Source: Eledone cirrhosa
Lineage: Eukaryota
Length of the DNA: 64,000 nucleotides
Direction: 5' to 3'
Assembly (NCBI GenBank): GCA_964016885.1
Contig: OZ024740.1
Location: 114,886,001-114,950,000 of the forward strand
Shown: positions 27,818-42,602 of the stretch, piece after piece
Numbering within the stretch: the stretch's first letter is position 1
Layout of the letters: each line of letters opens with the position of its first letter
Notes under the pieces: model-generated
Told to the model about the DNA's origin: nothing
Database searches by the model: none
The model's input: only the letters and a program-made list of their open reading frames with translations
Made by a program: the position numbers and the translations under genes

Positions 27818-29744
27818 ATGACCGCTTTTGAACTAGACCTAGTTAACCTAATCAACATCATAATTTTTCGTAAGTACTCTAACCCTTTTCAATCTAAACT
27901 ATCTAATGATATTTCAACATTCAAATCTTCTAATAATAAGTTCATCTTCTCCGACAAAACTAAAAACCTATATGAAGTTAACAATAATTTACACGACCAA
28001 CTATTAATAGATAATATCACCTCTAAATACCAAATAGCTAATATAAACACGTATCATAATATAAATAAGGAAGCTAAAGAATTAGCTGTTTCTTTAAAAA
28101 TAGATAATAGGACAGAAAAACTTGCTAAACGTTATGCATATATCACCCTTAAAGTTCACAAACCCGACTTTATTAATCGTCCTAGTTGTAGATTAATCAA
28201 CCCTGCTAAGACTGATATTGTTCTTGCCAGCAAAAAAATTTTAAATAATATAAATACACACATTAGAAATAAGTCTAAATTACTCCAATGGATAAATAGC
28301 TCTTCCGTAGTACATTGGTTTAATAAAATTAAAAACAAAAATAGTTCTAGATTCACCCAATTTGACATTGTAGATTTCTACCCATCTATCACTCAGACTC
28401 TTTTAGCGAAAGCTTTAAATTTCGCTAGAAAGTTTACCAATATCTCAGATATTGAAGAGAATGTCATCTTGCACGCTAGAAACACTCTACTCTTTACTGA
28501 TAATGACACTTGGGTAAAAATATCTAACCCAGAGAGCCCATTCGATGTCTCAATGGGCTCTTATGATAGTGCTGATGTTTGTGATTTAGTCGGCCTATTC
28601 CTCCTACACACACTTAAAGAAAAATTCCCTAACTATATTTTTGGGCTTTATCGCGACGATGGTCTAATACTTTCCCATACCACCATAGGCCATAACTTAG
28701 ATAGATTAAGGAAAGACTTAATAAAAACCTTTGCTAGTTTTAATCTTAAAATTACTATTGACACTAACCTTTCCAATGTAAATTTCCTAGATATAAACCT
28801 AGTTTTGCCTACTGCTTCTTATAAACCATACCATAAACCTAATGAAAACTTAAAATATATAAATAAAGGCTCTTGCCATCCTCCTATAGTTTTTAAAAAC
28901 CTTATCCCTAATATTAGCCGTAGGATCTCCACCCTCTCTTCCTCAGAAGCTATTTTCAATAAGGCATCCCCCTACTATAATAAAGACCTCCAAAATAGCG
29001 GTTTTAGTGAACCGATTAAATACATACCCAACTATACTAACTCTATTAAACATAAAAAACAGGAAAAGAAAAATAATCTGGTTCACACCCCTACTCTCTA
29101 GCAGTTAAAACTAATGTAGGCAAAAAATTCCTAGAGCTCTTAGATAAACATTTCCCTAGAACACATAGTTACTATAAGATCTTTAATAGAAACTGTGTCA
29201 AAATTAGCTACTCATGCGGTCAAATCCTATATCATCAACAAAAAATCACCTAGGGAACTTCAAAATTGCTCCTGTAGAATCAAAAGTGAATGCCCATTAC
29301 AAGGTAAATGTAACACCAAAGCCATTGTATATGCGGCTAAAGTGACAACCATCAGCAACAACCAGCCAGCCACCAGTGAACGATATGTGGGTATGACGCA
29401 AGACAAATTCAAAACGCGTTATTACTCACATGTCGCATCCTTTCGACATCCAGAAAAAAAGATTTACAACAGCTCTGGCTAGTAGAATATGGGATTTGAA
29501 AGACCAAGGTATCCAATATAAATTGGATTGGTCAATTTTGAACCAATCTAAAGAATATGCAAGAGGAACAAGAAAATGCACGCTCTGTATAAATGAAAAA
29601 TATTGGATTTTGCAAAACCTTATATCACCAAGGACCTGCCTAAATACAAAGACAGAAATATTCACCAGTTGCCCACACATGAAATCACACCTGCTTTCCA
29701 GCTCATATAAACTTAACACACTTTCAGATACTTATCCTCCATAA
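27818..29744 (+). pseudogene. PLE reverse transcriptase/GIY-YIG polyprotein, frameshifted
   Basis: RT motifs as above, then CSC..CPL.GKC, IVYAA..YVG, FK.RY..H, CTLC. Confidence 0.9.
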
Positions 29745-29797
29745 GTTCTTATTATTCTCTTTAAGACTACCTTTTCTGATTTACTTTCATTTTTAAC

Positions 29798-29955
29798 CCC
29801 GGGGTCGATAAAATAAAGTACCAGTAATGCACTGGGTAATTGCTGGCCTTGTGCCTAAAGTAGAAACAATTATTAATTTCATTTTTATTTTTATTTTTAT
29901 TTTTATTTTTATTTTTATTTTTATTTTTATTTTTATTTTTATTTTTATTTTTATT
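29798..29955 (+). mobile_element. 5'-truncated SINE with an expanded (TTTTAT)n tail inside the PLE 3' UTR
   Basis: ggggtcgataaaataaagtaccagt...agtagaaacaattatt followed by a hexamer repeat. Confidence 0.75.
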
Positions 29956-31300
29956 TTACTTCACATTCACCACTACCCCCCCCCTTCATTCTCCAATTCA
30001 CTTACCTAATATCTTCAATTTCCACTTTTTACTTCCCTATTTTCTTCAATACCTGATTATACCGGTCACTTGCGTTTTCCACTCCAGATATTTTCTGTTA
30101 TTTCGGAGCCATTTTTATATTTTTTTATATTTGTACTCACTTATTCACAAGGCCGTTTTTACACCCTGTATCTATGTGTCTGAGCGTCTTTATGTGTGTA
30201 TACTTTCTGTATATGTACACGAACGCCTCCGTATGAGCGCGCGCGTGCGTGTATATATATATGTGTATGTATGTGTGTTTCTATATCTGTGTTTTTACAT
30301 CTATTTTTTTATATTCTTATTTTTATGTGTGCGCATGTAAGCGGGTCAACGTGCGTGAGTGTATGTATGTGTGTGTGTATGTGTGTGTGTACGTACTGAA
30401 TGTATGGATGTGTAAGTGTGCGTATGTATATATGTATGTATATATTTATGTGTGTGTATGAGTGTGTGAGTATACAGTCGCGTACGTACGCGTGATTAGA
30501 TATAAATGGGGCCAGGTGTATGTGTATATATATGTGCATCCTGCGTGTGTATGTATACTTGCATACGCTTTTGTCTGCACGTTTTGCGTGTATATATATA
30601 TATTTTATATAGATATACGTTTCTTATAGATATATGTGTGTATGTACGCGTGTACCTTGTTTGTTTCTTTTTTTAATTTTTTTAATAAATATATCGAGTT
30701 GATACTTTCTTTTTACTATTACACTCCCTTACCTCTTTTTCTTCTGCATATAAGTGTACGCGCGTGTGTGTGTGTTTATACGGGTGCCTTCATATTCTTA
30801 TAATGTATCTAATACCCTGTTTTTCTGTATACCTGCCAACCGGACATCTTATCATTCTGTGTATGTAGTTACATATACACAGATATACTTACCCTCATAT
30901 ATATATTTACACACACATTTTCACTATACACACACATTTGTACATACATACATATGTACATCTGTGAGTGTATATACATACATATACACACACCTAACTA
31001 TATTTCTAACATTTTTTTTATATATTTTATATGTCTATTGTATTACCTTCATCTATATTTACATAATTATTTTTTTTTTTTAGCATTTCTTGAGGAGACT
31101 TTCCAAATATTTAGCTATGTTTTATATTGCCTCGTCCGACGAACGAATGAAGACGTTTCTTTCGTATTCGCCTTATTCGGGAAACCTCTGGTAATGAGGT
31201 AATTATATTGTATTGTTTTTTATATACATTAAATTTTGCTCTGGTACTTACATAGAGCACTCTTCACTCCTATGACTTTTTCTGTTTTTAACGGAAACTT

Positions 31301-31354
<54 letters not shown>

Positions 31355-31363
31355 ATATATATA

Positions 31364-32155
<792 letters not shown>

Positions 32156-32974
32156 TTATAGAGGTTGTTTTCGAGTAATCGCCTCAGATTCATCATCTAA
32201 AAAATGTCTATTGTAATATTGAAGGTTTTATATTTTTGTTGTCATGGTGATGGCTTGAATCTACCGTGGTACGTGACGACCGTGAAATATATGTCTATTT
32301 CCATGTATCTATAATATATCATACCTTCTCTCCTGTAATACTTTATTCTTCTTTCTTAGACGATCACACCATGTCAAATATATGACCGATCAGGAGCAAG
32401 TCAAAGCTATGTCTGATCCGAAGCAAAACATCAACAACAACGACATATAGAGATTAATAAATTATCTTCCATCAATATGTAACCTACCAGTTTTATAATA
32501 TGAATATATTTTACAGAATGCTCCGAAGAAATATATGCAAATCTTATGACTTCATAAATTTATATCTTACTTTTACAATTATTTTCCATATTTTATGGAG
32601 ATTTTCTTTGTCAGTTTTCCCACCATGTATTTAATTTTCGCATTTGTATTTTCCACCTAGTGAGAATATTTCCAATGAAAAATACAGTAATATAGCAAAT
32701 CTATAAAAAGGCGTAGAAATTTTATTGAAAACATATATTTTTAATGTCTTGTAATAACAACATATTTTTTTTTATGCATAGTCATATGAAAGTTATTATT
32801 TCATGTCAGTGATGATATATAGTTCTCAAACTTTTATAATTTTACATGTGTAATTTATAATCTCGAATTTTTGAAACATATGTCGTAAAGAAAAAGAATA
32901 TGAACTTTCATAAGAGAAAGAGATAATGGAAATTATCGTATGCTTTGTACAAATAACTCCACTCGCGTGACGAT

Positions 32975-33021
<47 letters not shown>

Positions 33022-33031
33022 CGTGAGTGTA

Positions 33032-33096
<65 letters not shown>

Positions 33097-33514
33097 AGAG
33101 AGAAAGAGGCGGAGAAAGACAGGCAGAGAAGGGTGAAGTGACACTGCGTACATACACAAAGACAGAGCGGGGATCATAGAGAAGGAGACAGGAAAATAAG
33201 AACATAAAAGATAGAGAGAGGAGAAGAGAATAGAGAGAAAGTGAGGTAGAGCGCTAAAGAAATTATTGAATGTTTCTAGATATTTCTTTATGCGGTCCAC
33301 AAATCAAAATCAATTTTATTTCGCAACTACTTTAAAATTGTAGTATGAGATGGTTTATAAAATATAGTTACACTTTACAAATATTATTTTATATACACAG
33401 CATATTATGACATACAAATTTAATTTCGCAGCGTTTTTGATAAATCGGTATGGACAAAGATATATGTAACTAATACCAGTAGTATTAATACACACACACG
33501 CACACACACACATA

Positions 33515-33559
<45 letters not shown>

Positions 33560-33936
33560 GCGCGTAGATAGACGTTCAGACACACACATACACAGAGATT
33601 CATAAAGAATAGTATCTATCTTTGTATTTATCTACGAGAGATAATTAATAGTGAATTGGATATACAATTATGAGGTTGTGAGTTCGATACCCCGACCGAG
33701 TAGAGTGTTGTGTCCTTAAGCAGGGCACGTTACGTTCAAGTTTCTCAAGTTCACTGAGCTGTAGAATTGCCTTTCCCTTTGACAAAATGAGTTGCGTGGG
33801 GAAAAGAGACTTGTATAGATGGGCGACTACTGATCTCCCACAAAAACATTGTTCTTGGGAACTTTCTATACGTATATATAAATCAATGAATAAATCTCTC
33901 TATATATATAGTTATGTAAAAAACAACATGAGATAA

Positions 33937-36851
33937 CACGCTGTAACGTGTTCCTCGGTTTTAAATATGATTTCCTGGTTTGTTATATCCCATTATTATG
34001 AAACAATACTATTATTTAATTAGTAGTTTGGGTTTGTGGTCAGAAGTTTGATATTTCGAAATTTTCATATTTTTCAAGAAAAAACATATTTAAAAAAAAT
34101 TTATCAGTTCATATAATTAAATCAACAGAATATATATTTATTTTATTACACAAGAGCTTATCAAAAGCAAACAAGTAAAAACAAATAACACTTATAAAGC
34201 AACTTATACACGTCATAAATGACTGGATTTCCTGAATTTGCGGTTGTAATCCAGGTCGCATTCCCGCACTAGCCCCCAGATATAATCCCCCATCATTTTT
34301 TCATTGTAGTGGCCCTGCTATCTCCGCTCTATCTCTTTCACATCTTGGTGGAATCGTTCGCCTTGTTCTTCTGCGTAGGTGCCCATATTGTCCTTGAATT
34401 TTTCCAGGTGAGCGTCCAGCATATGGAGCTTAAGCGACATCCTGCATCCCGTGACACCAAAAGCCTTTATCAGATCCTGCACCAGTGGCTGTTAGTGTTC
34501 AGCTCTGTAGTTGTCCAGGAAGCCCTTAACAACTGCTGCCTTGAAACAGTTCCATGCTGTTCTCTCAATCCTATTGAGCTTATTGGAGAACTCAGTAGAC
34601 TCAAACACCTTCTTTGATTGAGGTCCAACAAAAGTTCCACCTTTGATTTTGGCCTCAGATAACTTGGAGAAGAACTCAATGAGATACTTAAAAGCGGCTG
34701 ATTCTTGGTTGAGAGCCTCCACAAACTACTTCATCAACCCCAACTTAAGGTGCAGTGGCCGTATGAGCACAATCCTGGGATCGACCAGTGGCTCCCACGT
34801 GACGTTCCGGGTCCCAACTACAAATTCTGTTCGTTGCTCCCAGTTCTTTCTTTTGTAGTGGTCAGAGGTGGCTCTGCTGTCCCAAAGGCAGAGGAAGCTT
34901 TGGAATTTGATAAAGCCTCCTTGGAGTCCAAGCAGGAAATCCACCATCTTGAAGTCTCCAATGATTTCCCAATTGTACTGGTTGTATTGCAGAGCTTCCA
35001 AGAGGACTTTCACACTGTAGCAATATTCCTTCAGGCAGACTGAATGAGCTAGGGGCAGTGTCGCGAAGTTGTTTCCATTGTGAAAGAGGACAGGCTTCAA
35101 ACTTGTGGTGGAGCTGTCTATAAATAGCCGCCACTCCTTGGGCACAAACGGCACACGAATTACGTCAAACAGTCCAGGCACGTCATGGCAGAAGCAGAGG
35201 CCATCCCTAAGTGTGTAAAAGCCTGAGAAAGGTTCGTGTCGACTCTCTGACTTGTCACCTGCACTTCCTCCTTCACCAAGTTCCACTGCTTCACCCTGGA
35301 GACGAATGCATAAAACACAACTTACCCTTTATTCAGGGTGCCAAAATCCAGTATCAATAAATCTCTTTAAACCACTTTTTAACAATTTTATACTTTACTA
35401 GCAGTAAAGCCCGGCGTTGCTCGGGGTCGCTCAGTAGCTGTGTTAAAGTTACAATGTTAAGTTTCTTTTTTGGCTTAAAAACTGTAGTGTCTACTGTGCA
35501 GACTTGCATGTGGTGTTTTTGATTAATATTCCCTCAACCAACAATATGCCTTATGAAGTTAAGAAAACATAACGATAACTCGAATGTTATAACAAAAGAG
35601 GATGCTGGGGATAAAAACTGCACTGGTTACTTATTAACAAAGATCGAAAATGTAAACACTGCAACGCAGAGAAAAACATTAGCGTAACCAAATTATCAGT
35701 TATGTCTGTCTGCACGCCTATATCACCTCTCTGCACGACTGTCTGTCTGCACGCCTATATCACCTGTCTGCACGCCTATATCATCTGTCTGCACGACTGT
35801 CTGTCTGCACGCCTAACGACGAAATATTTGCTTGTTTTACGTAGTCTTTAAATAGACTTGTTTTCAAGTAAAAATATTGTTTTAAAATGCTTTTAAATGG
35901 AAATGAAGCAAAACGGGGTCGCTCAGTAGCTGTGTTAAAGTTACAATGTTAAGTTTCTTTTTTGGCTTAAAAACTGTAGTGTCTACTGTGCAGACTTGCA
36001 TGTGGTGTTTTTGATTAATATTCCCTCAACCAACAATATGCCTTATGAAGTTAAGAAAACATAACGATAACCCGAATGTTATAACAAAAGAGGATGCTGG
36101 GGATAAAAACTGCACTGGTTATTTATTAACAAAGACTGAGAAAGCCAGCGTAATTTTTTACGTAAGACGCTCAATGTAAACAGAACAAAGGGAAATAACT
36201 GATCACTTACGCTCAAAAATCGATACATTATGTTCGATTTCGTCACATAGGGTGGGTCAATTTGAAATTTTTTTTTTCCGATGTCTTCGCTAGGGCTCAA
36301 TGTACAAATCTAGCAATTTCGGTGCAATTCCGTGAGAGATTCTAAGAGGAGATGTGTGCCAAAAATCGATAGACAGACAGACAACCACAGTTTTATATAT
36401 ATAGATTTCGTCACATAGGGTGGGTCAATTTGAAATTTTTTTTTTCCGATGTCTTCGCTAGGGCTCAATGTACAAGTCTAGCAATTTCGGTGCAATTCCG
36501 TGAGAGATTCTAAGAGGAGATGTGTGCCAAAAATCGATAGACAGACAGACAACCACAGTTTTATATATATAGATTGCACTTTTATCATTTTCTTTAGGTA
36601 ATACTCTTTATTTTATAATTTTAATTTAACCTGAAACATATATAAAAATAATCATTTAACCTAAGCAAATTAAACTTACATGCAACGTGAAATCCAGCAT
36701 ACAAATAATTCTAGTGAATATCTTAGAATTTTTACAAATCCGAACTTTTAACTGTTTAATAGCACTTTTTTTTTTATTTGAGACCTAAGCAACACAAAAA
36801 AGTGATTACAAGCCAGGAACAGAGAACACATTTTTTTTTCGTTACACGGTA
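33937..36851 (-). mobile_element. Chapaev3-like (CMC) DNA transposon remnant
   Basis: ORFs 34726-35286 and 34492-34722: WRLFIDSS, GDFKMV.FLLGLQGG..K...FLCLWDSRA, LH.KLGLMK, KLSEAKIK.G.FVGPQ. Ends are guessed from imperfect cacgctgtaacg / cgttacacggta. Superfamily call is from recall, not from a search. Confidence 0.65.
35398..36573 (-). mobile_element. Non-autonomous Helitron
   Basis: Minus strand starts A|TCtatatatataaaac with GTCT repeats and ends with the hairpin cccgagcaacgccggg followed by CTAG|T; inserted between A and T. Confidence 0.8.
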
Positions 36852-37100
36852 TAATTACTTCATTTACCAATCGCTTCTTGAAGACAGATACTTACGTCTG
36901 TCTTCATTCATCAGAAAAAATATTTATTATTAGATAATAAATATTTTTTCTGATGAATGAAGACAGATATAAGTATCTGTCTTCAAGAACCATTGGTAAA
37001 TGAAATAATTATCTTATGTTGTATTTTACATAACTAAAAAGCTCTGTAGAGCACTAGCTTTTCCTTTACCTTTCCTACGGAAATAAAATACTTCATTTAT
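36850..37100 (+). mobile_element. Miniature fold-back element with a degenerate HHR
   Basis: Near-perfect palindrome 36850-37012; CTGATGA at 36950 with a long stem II, then GAAc; followed by a tail. Confidence 0.7.
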
Positions 37101-37169
37101 ATATATATATATATATATATATACACTTATAAATACATATATACACTTATATATATATATATATATATA

Positions 37170-37613
37170 TTATAAAATAACAGGAGGCTGGAATGGGGCT
37201 GAAAACCAGAGACAAGAGGACGACCGACTATTTAGCAGATTCTCAGTCGGCCGCCTCGAGGGCGGCCGACTGAGGTAGAAGCTGCTAAATAGTCGGTCGT
37301 CCTCTTGTCTCTGATTTTCAGCCCCATGGATTTCATCTGTTATATTCCTTTGTTATATTTTGAATACCTGATGATGTCACCGGATTCATACTGAACCCGG
37401 TCATTGAAATGATCATATTATAATAAACCTTTCAAGGATTTACACCAGTCCAGCCTCTTGTTATTTTATAATAATTAACTCCGTACTGGCACCACCAACT
37501 ACACAAACGAAGACGGGTGAGTTGCATTACGTTGAGTGATCTGCATAATATTACTTCAAGATTGACCATACGGAATGACGAGTTCTATCCAGTGGTGAAC
37601 CAACAAACCTACC

Positions 37614-37617
<4 letters not shown>
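37170..37617 (+). mobile_element. Miniature fold-back PLE-type element with an HHR and tail
   Basis: 37170-37255 is inverted versus 37261-37327 plus 37449-37472; TA flanks. Confidence 0.8.
37362..37421 (+). ncRNA. Hammerhead ribozyme core, minimal stem III with GATC loop
   Basis: CTGATGA-(accggattca/tgaacccggt)-GAAA-t GATC a-TA; stem I is weak. Confidence 0.6.
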
Positions 37618-37698
<81 letters not shown>

Positions 37699-37702
<4 letters not shown>

Positions 37703-38122
37703 AAGAAATTAAAAGATGGTTAAAAAAGTTCCATATATTTTATTATGCGCATTTCGAAAACAACATCATCCTGGGATAAAAATTGTGTTGTCATCCGATA
37801 AAATAAGGTAACATGATATGAGGCCTAAAAACAGGAAATTGTCCAGTCTACATAGTGTCCGATATATATATGTAGACTGGACACTTTCCTGTTGACAAGT
37901 GTTTTTAGGCCTCATATCATGTTACCTTATTTTATCAGATGAGAACACAATTTTTGTCCTAGGATGATGTTGTTTTCGAAATGCGCATAATAAAATATAT
38001 GGAACTTTTTTAACCATCTTTTAATTTCTTCTTTAATATATACTCCAGTTCTACTAACTGTTGAGTGCTACTTATCTGATATATCCATAGTTTTATTGTT
38101 CTACAATATTACTCACCTCATA
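37699..38122 (+). mobile_element. Miniature fold-back family D element
   Basis: 37699-37855 is inverted at about 37868-38033; HHR core reads CAGATGA in one arm and CGGATGA in the other; tail follows. Confidence 0.85.
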
Positions 38123-38292
38123 GTACGTCAATACTCATCTTTTTCCATTTCTTCGAGGGTTCTTAATCCCACTATCAGGCTAAATAATTTCTTTAATTTC
38201 TTTAGTCAAAATACGGCGATAGCTTACATTTCTAATAATTTCAAACCAACTCGCTGTTTCAAAATTATTCTTACTTGATATATATATATATA

Positions 38293-38552
38293 TAACTTTA
38301 TGCTGGGTTCAATGGGGGGTAACCACGGTAAGTAAGGTAGTCTATACAAAACAGAGTATAAATATTTAATGTATAAAAGGCTTCTACAGGACTAGAACTG
38401 TTTCATACGGGAGGATTTATCAGGAAGCCGACTCCCCAAGTAATATGTTGGTATTTATAACTTTTCTGGTGGTGGGATAGGATGGTGATTGGGATGGGTG
38501 GAAGTCATTGGTTGTTGGGTTTAAAGAAAAGGGAATGCTTTAAAAACTATAG
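38293..38552 (-). mobile_element. Family A terminus (solo)
   Basis: Homologous to 9247-9690 and 22300-22548. Confidence 0.8.
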
Positions 38553-38571
38553 AAGTTCCACTACACATTAG

Positions 38572-39630
38572 GGCTACATCTGGGACCTCCAAGATAATAA
38601 CATCACATACCATCTTACTTGGAGCTTACTTTCAGGGCTAACTCCTACATGGGAGGACGCCGTCCGTGTAACTTATGCTCGGAGGAAACAATACAAATGT
38701 TATTTACGAAGGACCAACTCCTAAACAAAAAAACGAACTTATTACTGCATGTAAACACCGATTGCGTAGGACTTACCTCGCCCTCTAACCCCCTCACGAC
38801 CCGGGTGGATAGACAATGGTTGTAAGATCCTTCTTTTTCCCACTTGCCAAACAAAATAGGGGAAACCCCAGGATACATAGGTAATGTACTTCTTTTCTTA
38901 TTTCCCTTTATCTCTTCTTACTTCCTTCCACTCCCTCTCCCCTTCCTTTTCCTTTTTCCTCTTTTGCTTACCATGAGGTAGCCTATCGTCCTTTTGTAGC
39001 CTCAGTACCCCCCACCCCAGTAAATTCTATATAACATTGGACGAAAACGTAATACCAGCTAAAACTATAGCAGCTGTTTTAGACTCTAGTTTTTCTTTGT
39101 ATTATTATTTAATTTTTTAATATTATTATTTTTATGTATTATTTTTTTAATTTTTTTATTTCAATTTATTAACTTTTTAATTTTTTAACTTCCCACTCTC
39201 ATATTCCTCCAGAATTCTTTTTCGCCTGCTTTCTAGCTAGCCTAATTTCTTCCACACTCCTTAAAATTTGCTGTATAGAATTCACTTTCCACACTTGACC
39301 GGCTCCATCCACGCCCTCATTGTTCTACAGGCAAGTTCTGCTACCCCACCTCCCCCCCATCGCCATGAAAGATTTGATTGTGTTTACAAGAAATTTTGAC
39401 CAATCCTTTTGACAACTACAATCTTCCCATATAAGGAATTACCCCTTGAAAAGTTCGGCTATTTATTACCACGCTACAAATCTCATTTAGTCCAGAAATA
39501 GCCGTCGAAACGGCTTGAGGTCTGCCGTCGGGGTCTAGAACATTTTCCTATTACCTACTCTACTACCCTAAGTATTGAGTACGCTGGTGCGTTATGGTCC
39601 ACCTGGTTCCTAACCACACTTCTTTCGTTA
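38572..39630 (+). mobile_element. 3' fragment of family C PLE
   Basis: GYIWDL...FRANSY.GGRRPCNLCSEE matches 51808-52050; the terminus matches 53050-53351. Confidence 0.88.
39441..39534 (+). ncRNA. Hammerhead ribozyme, U3-A8 core variant
   Basis: acccc-TTGAAAA-g..cggctattt...aaatagccg.c-GAAA cggc...gccg TC-ggggt. Confidence 0.7.
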
Positions 39631-39633
39631 TAC

Positions 39634-39664
<31 letters not shown>

Positions 39665-39791
39665 TACACATATACAAATATATATATGTATATATAAATA
39701 TATATACACATATACAAATATACATATGTACCTCCATACACACATACATACACACATACATACACACACACATACATACACACACACACGC

Positions 39792-39822
<31 letters not shown>

Positions 39823-39889
39823 CACACACACATACACGCATACGTACATACATACACATATACACATAGGTATCCCTACATACACTCAT

Positions 39890-39942
<53 letters not shown>

Positions 39943-40347
39943 AATATGTTTCAGATATTTAAACTCAAGGAATTTATGCTAACATCGTATATTTATATTT
40001 ACAATATATGAGCATTATATTTATATTATATATCTACATATTAAATTATATACGCTCAGCTGCTAACATACACATACACAGAGACGGACAAACACTCAGA
40101 AACACAGATGTACAAATATAGTTCATATATATGGAATTTCAAGCTACTGATTTATCAAAATAAACTAACGCAAACAAGGAGTCTCGAGAGCTCCAATGCT
40201 TTCAAGCATGTCTATACACACATACATAACTACCCACCCACACACATATATATATATATGTCTGTGTGTGTGGGGGTGTGCGCGTGTATATGTGCGTGTA
40301 TATGTGCGTGTGTGCGCAGTTATATATTATGCCTCTCTTCCTTTATT

Positions 40348-40409
<62 letters not shown>

Positions 40410-40412
<3 letters not shown>

Positions 40413-40696
40413 GATATTAACAAATGGAAACTATATTTATAAAACCATATTTATTTCATTATACATATTTCAAGGACACCAAGTTAAATTATGGTGTGCT
40501 TTCATCAGATAAAATATAATATAGAGCAGTTTTATAAATAAATATTGACATACCCTTAAAGAATGCAACCATTACTGTTGGAAGCTCCCGGATAGTACAT
40601 TTGTTAATATCGTATTTTTACTCCAATTATTTTTTGAGTGCTTTATATCAGTTATAAAAATATTTGCTTGTTGTATCCCAACAATTTAAATAGAAC

Positions 40697-40702
<6 letters not shown>
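40410..40702 (+). mobile_element. Family B fold-back element
   Basis: Homologous to 8821-9184; minus-strand CTGATGA...GAAA at about 40455-40515. Confidence 0.75.
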
Positions 40703-40741
<39 letters not shown>

Positions 40742-40822
40742 GAAAAGGAAAAAAAAAAAAGTAGAAAATGCTAATAGGATTTTCTCATTGAATAGCAGCA
40801 AAACATTTTTTATAAAGTAATT

Positions 40823-40870
40823 TATAGTACCGGTTTCAGCCGATAATTATCTCGGCTTCTTCATGCTACA
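40823..40870 (-). ncRNA. Hammerhead-like motif in a PLE-type terminus
   Basis: Minus strand: tgtag-CaTGAAGA-agccga...tcggct-GAAA ccgg TA-ctata, with one extra base in the core. Confidence 0.55.
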
Positions 40871-41189
40871 GGTAATATAATAAAAAGAATATAATAAAAT
40901 TAAGGTGTATATTAATTAGAAGAGGGTATTAGAGAGTATAGTTTTCATATATCAAAAAATTCACATTTTTGTTTATCTCTTTCTCTCTCTTCCTTGATGG
41001 TTTGGTGGTAGTAGCAGCTAAAACAGAAATTGGGCTGACCCTGTTACTGCCTGACTGGCTATTGACTACAATTGCAGCAGCAGCAACAGCAGCAGCAACA
41101 GAAGAAGAAGAAGAAGAAGAAGAAGAAGAAGAAGAAGAAGAAGAAGAAGAAGAAGAAGAAGAAGAAGAAGAAGAAGAAGGTGTGGTAGA

Positions 41190-41385
41190 AATAATTGTTT
41201 CTACTTTTGGCACAAGGCCAGCAAAATATTCAGTGTATTACTGCTACTTTATTTTATCGACCCCGTAAGGATGAAAGGCAGAGTTAACCTCGGCGGGATA
41301 TGAACTCAGATCATAAAGGGCCGTAACTCTATGCGGCAAAGAGTGGTTTCCAACCCTCTACCGATACTGCCAATCTACTGCCCTA
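41190..41385 (-). mobile_element. tRNA-derived SINE
   Basis: Reverse complement of the 13071-13248 family. Confidence 0.85.
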
Positions 41386-41462
41386 AGCGTGAAACTAATA
41401 ATAACATTTATACTGTCTCTTCGTTTTTCTGTTTTTTGTTCTCTGTTTACTTTAAAAAAATA

Positions 41463-41642
<180 letters not shown>

Positions 41643-41679
41643 TATATGTGTATATAACATATACATATATGTGTATATA

Positions 41680-42272
41680 AGCACAAAGTGCTTGTATTGC
41701 ATATAACACCCTGCCGCACAATAATCTTATATAAATAAGACACACGTACGTGCCCCACGTGTAACTAATGCATACAATAACTACTACAACTGACTAACAA
41801 ACTAGCCTTTTGCATTATCTACGTTAACTGCCGATGTTGTATTTTAATTTTAATTTTGCTTTGATTCTGTTTTAATATGATTTTACTTTTTGAATTTAAA
41901 TTGCCATTCAGAAATAATATAATATATGTCACCCCACTGTACATCAATATATATATATATGTATCTCTATGTCTCTTGCGTTGGAAAGGAGGTCATGTAT
42001 GTATACAAACATTGAAAAATGGTCCGAAGACTCCAAGCCTCGGTTTGGATGAAACAATTGTAAGCTAATAAATGGTTTGAACATAACTTTGATTCCTGTG
42101 AATTCTATATAACTGCTCTGTAGAAGAACTGATGTTATTACATTGAGCTATTTATCTTACTGGTAATAAGGTAGTAATAAATTACTGTCTTTCACTGTTT
42201 AGGGTTTAAAATATATATAACTATAAAAAGTTTTAATATATACATAACCATAAATAGTATCCTTAATACTAT
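41680..42272 (+). mobile_element. PLE-type 3' terminus with an HHR and tail
   Basis: CCGAAGA-tccaagc/gtttgga-GAAA c AATT g TA at 42024-42062; tail 42105-42272 recurs inverted at 53382-53548; TA flanks. Left boundary is uncertain. Confidence 0.6.
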
Positions 42273-42328
42273 ATATATATATAGTGACGAAACATAAGTC
42301 AATTGCATGAACTCATAATCCTTTATTT

Positions 42329-42384
42329 ACTGCTATATATATTTCGATGATAGCCATTGAATGGCTATGACCTCATCAGGCAGT
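42329..42384 (-). ncRNA. Type I hammerhead ribozyme, minimal stem III with ATAT loop
   Basis: Minus strand: actgc-CTGATGA-ggtc atagccat tca atggctat catc-GAAA t ATAT a TA-gcagt. Confidence 0.82.
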
Positions 42385-42565
42385 TAGTCGGTTCTTAGAT
42401 ATGCCAGCTCTGTGTGTATAGTGTTGATTGTTGATGGTATCAGAGCCTTGGGACATATCATATATATATATGTATGCATGTAAAACGTAAACAGAAATAA
42501 GAACACAATCGCTACAGTATATGGAAGGGATATATTAGGTTAACGCTTGATATACCAGGACAAGG

Positions 42566-42602
42566 ACCTTAACGTTTCGGACGCTAGTCCTTCATCAGAA
42601 GA
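42566..42602 (-). ncRNA. Minimal hammerhead motif
   Basis: Minus strand: ctt-CTGATGA-a ggac tagc gtcc-GAAA cgt TA-agg. Confidence 0.65.

Noticed and set aside
31085-31210. Hammerhead in the terminus of the 27258-31302 PLE
   Set aside because: GAAA-cctc..gagg-TA is present, but I could not place a core box with a matching stem I.
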